Origin: Octopus sinensis
Taxonomy: Eukaryota
Direction of reading: 5' to 3'
NCBI RefSeq assembly: GCF_006345805.1
Contig: NC_042998.1
Coordinates: 156,240,001 to 156,304,000, forward strand
Length of the DNA: 64,000 bases
Shown here piece after piece: positions 1-13,252 of the stretch (positions within the stretch are counted from its first letter, which is position 1; each line of letters opens with the position of its first letter). The position numbers were made by a program, and so were the translations under genes. A model generated the notes under the pieces. The model did not search any database. It had not been told where the DNA came from and worked only from the letters and a program-made list of their open reading frames with translations.

Positions 1-309
1 GTCTTAGTCCACTTACTTGTTAATGGGGATGTGAGAAGACATCACAGATATTTGTCAGCAGGAGGAAGATGAGTAGTTGATGAATGTTTCTTTGTTTCAT
101 TAACTTTCAGTTAAATTATACATACATCGGATAACGAAACAAAAATCAAGTAATATCCAATATTTACTACATTTTCGTGGGGTAAACAAGCAAAGCTAGT
201 GGGCATTGCCATCTTAAGTATTCTCAGCTTCCCACGTATTTAGAAAGGTTTATACCATATGGAAAGTAAACTTCTCATTCTATTTCTTTCTTTATGTCGC
301 TCTCATTCT

Positions 310-346
310 TTCTCCCTCTCTCTCCCTCCCTCTCCCCCTCTCCCTC

Positions 347-379
<33 letters not shown>

Positions 380-512
380 TTCTCACTTGTCTTATTGTAA
401 ACCTAAACACTTTTCTGATATACTTGTATATCTTTACACTGTTGTTATATCATGCCTTCGTTTTTTTAAATATATCAACAAAGTGTGTGTGTGCGTACGT
501 GTGTGTGTGTGT
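310..512. repeat. (CT)n/(CA)n and (TG)n microsatellites
   Basis: Visible dinucleotide runs at ~310-380 and ~483-512; they explain the overlapping low-complexity ORFs. Confidence 0.95.
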
Positions 513-739
513 GCAAATCTATGTGTATGTGTTATACATATAAACTTGAGATGTTATTTTTATACTCTGTTTATACTATCAAGAAAACTTCTATTAACGC
601 CTCAAAATATTACTCTTGTGTCTTTCAATTAAAATATTTCATATCACAGTTATTTACTCATATCATCAAAATTGAATCACAAATTATTTTCCTTTAACAA
701 GTGACATTTATTCTGATACCTAAATAATTATTTCTTTAC

Positions 740-930
740 TACCCACAGAGAGGACAAACAAGAACAGACAAACGGATTAAGTCGATTATATCGATCCCAG
801 TGCGTAACTGGTACTTAATTTATCGACCCCGAAAAGAAGAAAGGCAATTTGAACTCAGAACGTAACGGCAGACGAAATACGGCTACGCATTTCGCTCGGC
901 GTGCTAACGTTTCTGCCAACTCGCCGCCCT
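740..930 (-). mobile_element. tRNA-derived SINE, family B
   Basis: Reverse complement starts ggcggcgagttggcagaaacgttagcacg (A box) with gagttcaaatt (B box-like); body shared with copies at 19715, 55420 and 56770. Confidence 0.85.
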
Positions 931-1379
931 ATGATACATAAGTAATATGCAGATCTTTGAATCACAGCTTATTTGCGAATTCGTGATGTTAATCATAATT
1001 ATCTACCCTAAACATAGCATTTATCATAACAATAAAAGATACCTCATGGATCTTTCGTTTGGCTGCCACTTTTCAATTTTTTTAATTGCTATTTTAATTG
1101 ATTTCATATTTGGCGTATTAGTGTAGTTTTGTAAAGTAACCATTGGCATGGAATTCATTTTCGACATAAATCAATAAATAAAGAGTTACAAAGCTTACAA
1201 AGTTTGCAAATTTTGGGTAATTTTGGCTAGTCAAGAGCCACAGACATATAGGTACCTGTTTCCATACCAACAAGCCAAGCTGTCACTAAGCTGCTTACCA
1301 GTGTTCTTTTTACCACTTATTAAACGCTTAAAACACATGCAGTATGAGGTAATCATGAGATATGCTAAAAATAATATCT

Positions 1380-1800
1380 AAATAGGCCTTAAGTCACGCA
1401 CGAATTTTTTTTGCGGGCGTGGGTTGCATAATCGCATGAATTCTGGTGTGTAGAATAAAATTTCGCGAAAATTTTCTGAAAATACCCCAAAAATAAAAAA
1501 GTCCTGAGAGGTTATATGGCGTGCATAAAGCAGAATTCCGCCAATATTTCATTTGTTAGCAGTTGACAACACGTACTGTCACGCACAAAATGACAGCTTC
1601 CAACTCCTGCTTTCTGACTGGGTAAAAATCATTAAACTTTAAACCTCTTTAGCTTTTTAAATAAAATTTTCTGAAAAAAGTGAATTATCTCCTGAGATTC
1701 AATGTGGAAAAATACATCAATATATTTAATTTCAAAATTTTCACTAAACTTTAAAATTTCCAGAAAAGATCTTACATCGTTATTGCGATTTGCAAATACA
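1380..1800. mobile_element. Unclassified interspersed repeat, probably a non-autonomous DNA element
   Basis: Reverse complement aligns by eye over ~400 bp with 24200-24600 (e.g. ccagtcagaaagcaggagttggaagctgtcattttgtgcgtgac vs ccagtcaagaaacacgatgtcaaagctgtcattctgttcgtgac). Confidence 0.6.
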
Positions 1801-1928
1801 TAAATATATTACATTATACCTGCCACTTACAGAACATCATACCTGTCACTTATATTACTTACATTAAAGAAAAAAATAAGAAAAATCTAAAAATTTAGCT
1901 ATGGCTAATAAATTATTTAAAATATATA

Positions 1929-2100
1929 CTGTAAATCCTCGAGTATAGTCCGCCCTTGAGTATAATACGCAGGGGATTTTTAGGGGGCTGTACCTCTGAA
2001 AAACCTAAACCTTGTGTATAATACGCACCCCTTCTCTAACTAGAGTCAAGGAGGTCTATATAACGTCCTTAGTTTGTAAAACTGTATACGGTAACCTTTA
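1929..2100. mobile_element. Possible Tc1/mariner-superfamily (pogo/Tc2-like) terminal fragment
   Basis: TA followed by ctgtaaatcctcgagtata with repeated gtataatacgca sub-motifs; the partner TIR was not found. Confidence 0.35.
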
Positions 2101-2339
2101 GCTTATTTGATCAATCTATTTTCATTCAATCGCTTTATTAAGCTATCAAAGGGAAGGGCAATACGATTAGTCACTTCTGAAATGCTTTCATCATTGATCT
2201 ACTTGATCATCTTTCGCCTAAATAACAACTTCGTTATCAGTTCGGCTGTCTTATAACCACTGTGACTATAACAGGTGGGTCTGTTCCGCCATTAGTTTTA
2301 GAAGGAAATCTTTCTCTCCAAAGTTTTATAAATACAATC

Positions 2340-3960
2340 TCTTGTTAGCCATAATGCATTCTTCTATGACAATCATTTGTCATGGAACTTGATCGGTTTC
2401 CGAATTCTTGGCAATGCTGGAAATAGGTACCCAAATCCAAGAAGTGTTTGAAAGTTGAATGTGCTGTACGGCTCCCAAGAAGTAGTATGGTCGTAATATC
2501 AGAGACACTACTAAATAGTTGTACTTCTATGATAACAATCTTTGCCAAGCAATTGACTAATCAGGAATGCCTTTGAAGTTACACAAGAACATCAAGGAAG
2601 AACATTCTAGTTACTTGTTTCCAAAGCTTGTGAAAATAGAATAAACTTCCTTCTGGTCTACAACGAGTATATAAAAACAGTATATAAACATTATAAGATG
2701 TTTCTGTAAAAATTTCTATTACCAGATTTTTTTATTTCAACTAAGGTCTTTTTTTTAATAAAGCCATATTTTAAAAGTTTTGGGCCGTTTCTATCCCTAA
2801 TTTCGTCAAAGAGGAATGCATTGCTGATATCTTCTGTGTACAAAATTTTCATGCTGGGATGCATCTCTTGAGTTTGATGCTTGACAAAGTCACTCACAAA
2901 GCCTCTGTTCTAAAGTGTTGTTCTATCAAAGATCTTTTTTCAAGTAGAGAGGTTAAATATCCTTATACTAATGTTTTAATTAGCTTCTTAAAATTTAGAT
3001 GTGTAGATTAAGTCCCTCTTTATATATGTTTGTAGTCATGGTCAGTCCTACATGATTGAAGGTGATAACAAGTTCTTTTCTACATTTATCGAAAGTTTCA
3101 GCGAAACCATCGTCCCTGTATTAGTTAATATTGGATTAGCGTTTTTCTTTCAGAACGTCTAGTAGATATAACCAAATAGATCGCGTATATTTGCCTTATA
3201 GTACAAAATATACGTTGAAGGTGCCTGTATTGTTGGAATTCTTTCATACAAGCATAGTCCATGTCAAATAGCAAAGTTCTTTCGAGCATACAACACCAGT
3301 TATAAATCGATTTCATTACAAAACTTATAACATATTCTGTCTTATTTGGAGGATTAAGGATGATAATTATGTTAGTATTGGTTCACTGTTGAAAATTAGA
3401 CACTTCCTTAATTTCATCATAAATCTTTAGTATAATATTCTTGTTAATTTATCCTACATATGTCTTAGTTGGATTTATTGGTTTATTTGTCTATAAATAT
3501 AGTAAATGGAGAAATCATCTTTTTAAAATTTTTTACTGAATACAAGCCTCTGGTACAGGAAGATATTCGACCCATTATCCAATCTGATTGTCTTCAATAT
3601 GTCTAAGTTTGTCTACTATTTTCTTAAAAAATTTTTAAAGTATTCTTTGTTACTTTTGTAAATATTATCATTAAGTTCTTGTTAATATCTAATGGGATAT
3701 ACTTCATATAGATTAATAGTCTTGCCTGAAATATGATCACGTTATTGCTATTCTTAATTTTCTTCATACCAGTTCTATGGAAGTTCTGGAAGGGGTGTTA
3801 GTTTCTTGATTCAAAAACTTCTCAGGGTCTTTTTAATTTGGGTGAGAGAGCGAACTCTTGTTCTTAAGTTATAGTGTTTTACAGAGGTTGGATTATTATT
3901 TTGTCAAAGGAGATTTTTCATCTCATGTTCTTCATGACCTGATCTGCTTTCGCCAATGAT
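2340..3960 (-). mobile_element. Decayed Penelope-like element (RT plus GIY-YIG remnant)
   Basis: Minus-strand remnants in the expected order: RQSDWIMG (QxxGxxMG-like, ~3580), RFMMK (RYxDD-like, ~3420), linker region, and a GIY-YIG-like LGSRTAHSTFKH near 2470; many stops and frameshifts. Confidence 0.6.
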
Positions 3961-4399
3961 ATCTATTCGATGGAATTTGTCTATTTCTTACAGAATAACC
4001 CAAATATAACATTCCATACTGGTACCATGGGTCTTATTTATGAAGAGTGTTGTATCACGCACACAGACGACCGTGTGCACACGCACTTACAAACAAAACT
4101 GCTTCCCTGGACGTTGTGAAGGGTAAGAAATCACCGTGAATAACGTAGTAATGTTAAAACATCTGCTAGATCAACATTAAAAAAAAACTGTAACCTATAC
4201 AACAAATTCACGCAAATTCACGTATCCGCAAAAATCTGAAACTTCCTTTTTTTTTATTTATGTAAATAAATTTATGTAAATTTATGTAAATAAATATTTA
4301 TAAATAATTTTTATTTACGTAAATTCCGTAAATTCAGTAATGTAGACTAAACTCAGTCATCAATAACATAAAGATGCAAACGGAGGACGACATGTATTT

Positions 4400-5300
4400 C
4401 ATTACACCATTTACTTCTTTCACAGTTTGGAGAGAGGTTCAGAAGAGCTCAGCGCTGAATACTCGAAGAAAACAAATGGTAAATTGCTTGCAGTACTAAA
4501 AAAAAAGAACAAATAAGGACAAACCCTATTTGCCTATAAGCAACAAGATAGGAAATATATTCCACATAGCTAGTGAATGGCGGGCACATGGAGAATAAAT
4601 GCATAATGAATCGGCAGTATGGATGTGTCGTTTGGCACCATTGTACTTGCCAGGCATGTTGGCAGCATTATCATAACTCCATCTACGACACACTTTGATA
4701 AGAATAAGTCAGTGTTTCCATAATAGTCTAGCTAATTCAGTCTCTATCCTTAAGAAACAATCAACAACAGCTACAAATCCTTCATGAACTGCAAATTCAG
4801 TATCACTCATAGCCAAATAATGAATGATGAACGATTTCTGCTCCCCATGGCTAGAATCCTGCGAATTCGCAGCTTTTATTTCATTCATATGCTTCCACCA
4901 TTTCTCAGTCTTGTTTACGATTCCTTTGCAAGTTATATCAATCCTAATAAACGTTTCTAATACACTCTGTAAATACTGATTTGTTGTAGTGTTTTCATGT
5001 TCGAACAATCAAAGTGTTTCTTCTTTTCTATACTGTATTCCAACCTTCTTGGATGTCAACGTGATAACAACTTTGCAGCTGTGATCTCATTGTATGTCAG
5101 AAAAGCTTATAAGGAATGCCTTCCAAGACTGAGTACAAATTGTTGTTGGTCCTCAGTTTGGTGTTTTTATTAGAGAACAATCACTGGAAATTTTCGTCCG
5201 GGATGATCGTTAGTGAACTTTTACGAGTTTTATAAGAACCCTTTCTGAACCATATCTCCTATGTATTTTGTGGGGTGAAATATCTCGTATGGGTGGATTC
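4400..5300 (-). mobile_element. hAT transposase fossil (ZMYM1/Tip100-like)
   Basis: Minus-strand peptides DSSHGEQKSFIIHY...HEGFVAVVDC and CRRWSYDNAANMPGKYNGA...PCARHSL match the hAT motifs D.SH.EQ.S..IRY and C.GQ.YDNAANM.G...G...PC.AHSLNL. Confidence 0.85.
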
Positions 5301-5424
5301 CAATATCAATCCCTTGCGTTTTAGGCTTGCTTTCTACTGGATGTTAGTTCTTGTGGCGTTGTTGTACCGTGTCTGCATAGGCTTTTTTCTGTGTTTTGGG
5401 GCTGGCTTTTTTGGTCTAGCTGCC

Positions 5425-5685
5425 AGTTGACTGCGACACAGCTGTCAAAACATCGTAAGAAATAGGGATTTTCATAGAAAAAAAGCACCTTTTTGATGTA
5501 AATAATTTTTGGTATTAACATGGTCCGATTTCAATTTTTTCTTCTACGGAAGGAAGAGCAAGCCTTCTTCTATCATACTCTCAATTTTGGTCAACTTGCG
5601 CCGCAGGGTCTCGGAGGCGATAATGTTAGTTGAAGGCTACTAAACCTGCCATACACAGACAACTTCAGCTTTATATATAGCGGGA
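5425..5685 (-). mobile_element. Non-autonomous Helitron, 5' part
   Basis: Highly similar to 37090-37340; minus strand begins A|TC...tatatataaagctgaag; 3' CTAG end absent. Confidence 0.8.
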
Positions 5686-5693
5686 TATATATA

Positions 5694-5745
<52 letters not shown>

Positions 5746-5812
5746 ATATAATATAATATAATATATATAATATAATATAATATAATATAATACAATATAA
5801 TATAATATAATA
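5686..5812. repeat. (TA)n and (TATAA)n microsatellite
   Basis: Direct inspection. Confidence 0.95.
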
Positions 5813-5834
5813 AACACATAGTGCATATCCTTAC

Positions 5835-6124
5835 AATAATAAGTAGTAGAAAACCGCCAGGAGGCTGACTTTTCTGCTTTTATTTATAAAAACAGCAGCA
5901 TTAATGATATAATTTGGCTCAGACAGTTCTTGGATGCAAATAGCCAGAAATAAATGCAGACAAACAGAAAATATCGCAGTCCAACTGAATATATTCTGTA
6001 CCGCTATAGCAACCTCCATCACAATCCAGAGGTTGAAACTCTGCATCTTATACGATAAACCCTGCCTGTTTGCACCTAGATTAGGTGTAGACACAGGCGT
6101 AGGTGCTGTTTCTATAAATCGCAC
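5835..6124 (-). CDS. Candidate internal exon of an unidentified membrane protein
   Basis: Non-repetitive open frame with a ~35-aa hydrophobic stretch (FNLWIVMEVAIAVQNIFSWTAIFSVCLHLFLAICI), bounded by ttag| at 6125 and a GTAAGG donor at 5834-5829 that supplies the apparent stop; no family recognised. Confidence 0.35.
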
Positions 6125-9100
6125 CTAATAGCTTGACCGAGTACCTACAAATCAACAATAGAGGCCTTTATTGCAATTAAATCTCACTTAAATCAAATTC
6201 TTTTATCTTTAAAATATTATCTTAAGAATATATTGCGTAATGTAATCGCAGATACATTGTGTCTGAAATAAAGACAAGATTGCTTTGACTATTGGTCTGC
6301 CTGATTATAGTTGAACTGGCGCTAACAACAACTGTCTTCTAATATTAAACAAATTATATAATCAATATCTTAGACTTAATCCATCGCCTTGTTTTATATC
6401 TCAACTAGCCCCTTTGGCATAATCTGTTACAGACATTCAAAGTAAGTTTACGAATTGAAGATAACACATGATTTTTTGTTTAATCCTCTTTTCATCTCCG
6501 AGGTTCTACAACAACGTCATGGATGTTACGCCTTTTCCTTTGACTTAAATATATAAAAAGAAAACAATGAAAGAATGATACTGAAAACAATTCTCGTAGA
6601 TAAATGAACTATTTCCGTTCGAATTCTCAGTCGTGATTTCTCCTGCAGCTGTCATTTATTCATATCAGTGCATAACATAGACAGTTGAAACCCTCAAAAA
6701 TAACCCAAAATACCAATTTTTGTATTTGTTAAGCATTATATTGAGAGTCTCGCAAGTCAAAATGCTTGTTAACATCTGATTTTACTTAAATAATTTAGAT
6801 CTAGTAAAAATTTCACCTCCATTCAGGTGAAATGTAATATCAAAAGAACTTTTTTCTGTTATAAAGAATACGCTTCGTTCGTTTTGAGTAATGTTGTCTG
6901 TAGAAATATTAAGCAATTGTGTCAATTTTTAAATATTTTTGGGACAACATTACTACTCGTGATGACTTTAAATGTATGGCTGATTATTATTAAAAGTTAT
7001 ACGTGAAAATATTTTTATGTAATGTGGATAATAAGAGTAATATGTTTTCTTTTCTATATTTCTCAGTGGGAACAAATTATTCGCTTTCCGGTATAACCTG
7101 GTTTCGTACTAGTGGATAGTCAGAGTGGTAGTAATTGTTTCAAACCAACAAAAACTGTTCATAAAACCTTAATCCAATAAATATATTGCGAGAAAAAAAT
7201 TTTCTGCAGTCTGGGAACAAACAAAACAAGACGAAATTGATTTGGCTCTAACTCGTGTTGGCTTTTTAAATGTTTGGTGATATTTTTAGCATGATATTTT
7301 TGTTATGATTTGAGTTTATAGCATTAAGCTTGAAACATATTTTAATGTTGCAGTAGGATCATTATATAAGTATATTATATAAAATTCAAGGTATTTCATG
7401 GTTAGAAAATCTCAGCAGAGAAGATCCCCAATTCCTATTCGTTGATATCAAGCGTGTCTGGATACAGTTCTTTAAAAGAAGACTCAAAAGAAAATAGAAG
7501 CCGATGATATATTTTAAAATATTTTTGATCAATAAAATCTTGTGAACACTATTTTTGTCGTTCATTTAGTTCATTGCTTACTGGTACAAAGTAACAACAT
7601 GCAAATATAAACCAAAAGAAATATAATATCAAAAATAAATTAATTAAACAATTTAGAATAGATATGCGGTATGTTTATAACTTCGAATATTTTTTATAAC
7701 CTCTAATATTAAATAAAGTTGATACTACCAAATTTATATCTCAAAACCCAAATTATATACACTCAGAAAATTTTGAATAAATATATATAAAAAATTACGA
7801 TATGGTCTATAAGGAAGGGATAAAGATATGGTAAACGGCATCTCAAAAGGGACCACAAAATCATAAAACTGTAACAAAGAAAAATAAAAGAAAGAGTAGG
7901 AGAGAGTGGATAAAAAGATGCAACAATTTTTGCTTTTGTCTTTTTTTTTCTTATTCTTAGTTCAGCTTTAGCTTGATTTACTTTCATATTATTTCTACTA
8001 TATAAATCTGAACACATATTCTGTAAAAAATGGATTTGAAGCTGATGTTTTTATTGCCTAATAACAAAAAGAAATATTAAAAGAAAAAGAAATGAAAAAA
8101 AAACTGAGAAAGAATTAACAAAACAGAGAAGATAGAAAAATTAAATATTACAGTAATATGACCAAATATAAACAGTCATTCTACTAGCTTACTAGATCTT
8201 GAAAAGGGACACAAAGAAGTACTTGTATCAGACATTGCTAGACGGAATGCAGTGGGGGATAAGATAATGAGAGATTTGATAAAAAAAAGTATTGTTACAA
8301 GCTTTTCTCAATCTTCAAATGTACTTGGTCAGACCTGTTGAAAATCTCCTGCTTAGGTGTGTTTATGGAAATAATGTTAAGTCTCAAAATTATTCACCAT
8401 CGTTCCGACTAAGAATTTTGGTTCAGTTCCATCATTCAATTCCATCTTGGTGTAGTATACTAAAGGACGTGCAAAGTAGTTTCTGTTGCGCTAGCAGTTA
8501 CTGAGTTCATACAGTTGCAAGTATATGCGACTCTGGATCGAGCATCTTTTGGCAGACGTCTGGTATTAGTAGAACAAGAGTAGAACAATTTGACAGAATT
8601 ACTACTAAAGATTTTTATAATATGTTACCAAGTATAATAAGTTGGGACAAAATTGGCTATATTTATTCAGGCAACTGAAAATGAGAGGATCCTACAGAAT
8701 TTTTCTAGTTCTGCTACTACGTCTCTGGAAGATAAAAGCCCAGATATGTGTCTTATTCACTATGGTTAAGAAATTTATGGTAGAAATGTAAATCCTTTGA
8801 AAAAGAGATTTCGTTTGAAATTAAAGATGATATTCATCTACTTTGGGAAGTAAATTAGATTGGTCGTTAGGTGGGTAATTAAACCTGATTAATATTAACT
8901 TCTTTTTAGGTTTGTTATAAGTTGGAGTCTGAGGTTATTTCTAAAACGTTAACTGTCGTAAGAGCACTATCAAGAGTTATTTTTAAAGCTAATTCTCTAA
9001 AAACTAAAATAATAACTTTCCTAAATCTGTTTCATGGCCATTCATATTTCGCAAAAGAAAAACCAATCATTTTGATAGATCCCTCTGTCCATTCTTACTT

Positions 9101-10200
9101 CCGTTGTGCCTGCTTACAGGCACGATAATTTCGGATTATAATCTTAGTTTGTCATCATAACTGACCAGAAAAGTTATTGATGCCATTCCAAATTAATGAC
9201 TATTTGACTTAAAATTGATATTCTCTGCACTGGTTTGCACAGAGTAAAATATTCGCTTCCTCCAAATTTTTAATTTCAAGGTGTTTATTTCTATGGCTTA
9301 TTTCTTACATTCCTACGCGTTCTCTTTCGTTCTCTCTATTATTGTTTTTCTTTCTTTCTGTAATTATTCATCGCAGCTACTTCCTGTAAACCTTTTCTTT
9401 CACTTTTTGCTCTATTTTGTTCTCTTTCATCCTCTTCATTTTTTTCGTTTTAGCATTGTGTTGCAAAGTGAGCGTTTCAAAGCATTAGCATTTTTAAATA
9501 CAAGTTTATGAATGAATATAGTATCCCGAGAACTTTAATAATCAACGATATTTTCCTCTTTCTATTTCTTGCTGATTTCTTTTTTTTCTCTTTCTTTACA
9601 CTTATCTCTATTTCTTTCTCTTGCTCTTTTTAATATTTCTATAATCCTAAAATATTCGAATGTGAATGGCACTTTATGAATGCCTTGAACCTCTCACAGA
9701 AGGTGGAAGGTAACAGATAAATGTGCTATCTTCATTATGTCTGAAATTCATTTTTAGCGTATACTTGTTTTACACCTGTCATTTGTGTTGGCTTGTATAA
9801 ATTTAGCTTCTCTTTGGATTTCTTAAGTCGTGGATCCCTTATATGTCCACTTCCCGCATATACAATGTCACACATGAATTATATTCCTTCAGAGCCTTAC
9901 TTTCACCATCTCAGTGAACGTTATTTGTTCAGTTGAATGCCGGCATTTTTTCTCTTTTATTTGTTTCCGTCATTAGACTGCAGCTATACTGAGACACTAC
10001 TTTGAAGAGTTTTATTCGAACGAGTAGACGCCAGTATTTATTTTTGTAAAACTTGGTACTTATTCTATCGGTTTCTTTTGGCAAACCACTAAGTTAGGAG
10101 GACATAAACAAACGAACATCGGTTGTTATGTGGGACAAACACAGAAACACACACACACCTACACACACCACACACAAATATATATATATATATATACATA

Positions 10201-10634
10201 CTACTAACAATATAGGATGAAGTCTCTTTCTCTACAGAAAAGGATTCCATCAAAAAGCGTGGCAGTATATTAAAAAAACCTTTACGGTTGAAGTATAAAC
10301 ATCTTATAATTAAGGGTTAAAGAAGGTTATTCTAAAGCCAATACACTGATTTATCCACTTATAATCCACTTGTTACAGGAAAAATTGAACTGAAAGCGGG
10401 CAACTAACCTTTAGAAAATTTAAATTTCGTTATCTCTATATTGAACCAATTTCGGAATTAATCCCTATAAAGGATACATTCTTCTTCAGTAGAGCTTACG
10501 AGGGAATATAAATAAGATACTCACATGTTAGTTGCCCGCTTTCAGTTCAATTTTTCCTGTAACAAGTGGATTATAAGTGGTTAAATCAGTGTATTGTCTT
10601 TAGAATAACCTTCTTTAGCCCTTAATTATAAGAT
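10201..10634 (-). mobile_element. ORF-less PLE-like foldback element
   Basis: 108-bp inverted arms (10301-10408 and 10527-10634) around a 118-bp core containing a hammerhead motif. Confidence 0.7.
10434..10494 (-). ncRNA. Type I hammerhead ribozyme motif
   Basis: CUCUA-CUGAAGA-[stem II]-GAAA-UUG GUU CAA-U-A-UAGAG: 5-bp stem I, core intact, 4-bp stem III, AUA cleavage triplet; the 10.1-11.1 closing pair is A.C rather than G-C. Confidence 0.8.
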
Positions 10635-11117
10635 ATATATATATATATATATATAATATATATATATATATATAAGAAACCCGTCGTATATATATATATA
10701 CGACGGGTTTCTTTCAGTTTCCGACCAAGTCTGCTCACAAGGCTTTGGTCAGCCTGAGTTTATGGTAGAAGACACTTGCCAACGTGGTTTCCTTACCACA
10801 CAGTCACGCCTGCGCCTATTTTCAAAAAAGGTTGAGAGTTCAATTGTATCGAACAGGCAACTGCTTGACATGGGGTCTTTAACCTCCTGCATTTCAACCT
10901 TGGGCTGAATCGACCCTCTTTATACAAACTGGTTCTGATGGGCTCCCTTGCCAGCACCATATTGATGCAGATCTTCGCGCAGACACTTGATCACCATAGA
11001 AGATCGACTACCAGTATTCTTGTCCTCAAACTGGTGTAACAACTAAACTTCTGAGTAGCTGAATTACATGAGCATGCCACAACTTCCAGCAAAATAATCT
11101 GCCAGAGGTGAGATTTG

Positions 11118-11250
11118 AACTCACGTTGTCTTTACGTTCTCAGTTCAAATTTCGCCGAGATCGACTTTACCTTTCATCCTTTCGGATCTAATCGACTGGC
11201 CCCCTTCCCCCAAAATTCTGGCCTTGTGCCTAGAGTAGAAAAGAATATCT
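11118..11250 (+). mobile_element. SINE family B fragment
   Basis: agttcaaatttcgccgagatcgactttacctttcatcc...ggccttgtgcctagagtag shared with other copies. Confidence 0.75.
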
Positions 11251-12019
11251 TTAGCTATGAGTTCTAGAGCTGAAAGCATCCTATCTCGTCAAATTATCAG
11301 ACTTTTAAACCGTCACTAATATTGTTATTTCTCAGCCAATTGTTAGTTTTAAGAGAGAATAACTACTAGTTGCATGACATAAATACTAAGTAACACTTAA
11401 AACAAAGCTGTAGAATAAAATGACTTCATCGTCACTGAGAGGATTCAAACTTTTGTTGTCTGTTGAAATTAAAATTAAAAGGGCACCGAGTCAATACAAT
11501 CATTGACATTATGAAGACTAGTTGACGCAGAGCTTAAAACTCTCACACTGAAACGTTATTTGTTTTCAAGCATTTTTTTTCTTCAGATAATTGTTTATAT
11601 TTAGGTACTTTGAAGATGCTGTTTGATAAATATTTTGTCCTATACAACACATTTTTGTTGTTTTACTTCTTATTTTCTCCATTTTTTTTTCTTTTCATGA
11701 TATATAAATGTCTGTGCTTTGACACTCACATTGACAGCTGTTTCGTAATTACATTATTATTCGCATTAAATTTTCTGAGTGGTGAAAATAATCTTACCGA
11801 TCGAAAATGCGCTTGGCAAATTTTAAATCTTTTAAATTTCTCGAAATTAGAGGGTTTGTTTCGTATTAGCTCGACTGTGATTAATCTAGGTTAAACTTTT
11901 GGTTTGGAAATCAGTGTTTAGTTTGACATCTGCCAAAATAATTTAATTAGCAATCGTACAGCGTAATATTTACAAGAAACTAGGTAACAAGTAGAGCGGA
12001 CAAATGGATATAAATATTT

Positions 12020-12021
<2 letters not shown>

Positions 12022-12097
<76 letters not shown>

Positions 12098-12120
12098 GTC
12101 TGTCTGTCTATCTATCTCTA
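12022..12120. repeat. (TATC)n microsatellite
   Basis: Direct inspection. Confidence 0.95.
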
Positions 12121-12440
12121 TCTCAGTGTGTATCTGATATATATGTATATGTGCGTGTATATTTGTTCTCTATCATTGCCTCGCGTTGCTATTTATGTAT
12201 TTCATCAGACTGGGCGGTCTACAAGCGCAAATCTGAAATTTGTATTTCTTGATTTATTATAATGCTAAGGTTTTTTGTTTGCACAGGGTGCCCTGTCTTT
12301 GGTATCTGCTACTAAGACGGAAAAGAACCAGAAATGTGCATCTAGCAGTCCACAGAAGGAGCTTTGAGCTGATAATGTTGTCTTTACACCTTTCTACCAT
12401 AAGCAAACATCTTTTTAAAGCATATTTGAACTAATCTTAT

Positions 12441-12604
12441 AGGCGTAGGAGTAGCTGTGTGGTGAGTAGCTTACTTACCAACCACATTGTTCAGGGTTCT
12501 GTCCCACTGCGTGGCACCTTGGGCAAGTGTCTTCTACTATAGCCTCGGGCCGACCAAAGCCTTGTGAGTGGATATGGTAGACGGAAGCTGAAAGAAGCTC
12601 GTCG

Positions 12605-12689
<85 letters not shown>

Positions 12690-12900
12690 TTTGTGTGTCT
12701 GTATTTGTTCCCCCAGCATCGCTTGACAACCGATGCTGGTGTGTTTACGTCTCCGTAACTTAGCGGTTCGGTGAAAGAGACCGATAGAATAAGTACTTGG
12801 CTTACAAAGAATAAGTCCTGGGGTCGATTTGCTCGACTAAAGGCGGTGCTCCAGCATGGCCACAGTCAAATGACTGAAGCAAGTAAAAGAGTAAAAGAGT
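12441..12900 (+). mobile_element. Full-length SINE, family A
   Basis: tRNA-like head aggcgtaggagtagctgtgtgg...gggttctgtccc, internal (TA)n(TG)n, tail aagtaaaagag; collinear with 18041 and 34413. Confidence 0.9.
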
Positions 12901-12952
12901 AATCAAAAGTTTTCTTATTTTGTATTACCACATTGCACTACTACATATATAT

Positions 12953-13070
12953 GGCTTGTGGTTAGGGTGTTGCACTCAGTGAGTTCGATTCCCGGACTAG
13001 TCGGCACGTTGTGTTCTTGAGCAAAACACTTCATTTCACGTTGCTCAGCGATCATTTCGGTATCTGACGT
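12953..13070 (+). mobile_element. SINE family C 5' fragment
   Basis: gagttcgattccc B box and ttgtgttcttgagcaaaacact...tttcacgttgctc shared with 47646. Confidence 0.7.
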
Positions 13071-13220
13071 GCGGCACACTTGGTTCGATTTGATAGAATG
13101 ATTTAATACATATATTCGATCATAATAAACAAATCATTCATGCAGGTCGTCCGACAAAAATTGAACACTCATACGTCATCTTCGACGGGAGATTCCATTG
13201 TGTGTGAATGTGTGCGCGCG

Positions 13221-13224
<4 letters not shown>

Positions 13225-13252
<28 letters not shown>

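Larger units (their letters stand above)
9955..10822 (-). mobile_element. tRNA-derived SINE, family A, split by an insertion
   Basis: 3' half at ~9955-10200 and 5' half at ~10687-10822 (ends ...cctgcgcctat), separated at the internal (TA)n by the element at 10201-10634. Confidence 0.8.

Noticed and set aside
2190-2250. Minus-strand CUGAUAA...GGC GAAA near the 3' end of the decayed PLE
   Set aside because: Too degenerate to fold stem I or stem II.
12441-12520. tRNA-like A/B boxes at SINE heads (here and in other copies)
   Set aside because: They continue into SINE bodies and do not form a cloverleaf, so they are not tRNA genes.
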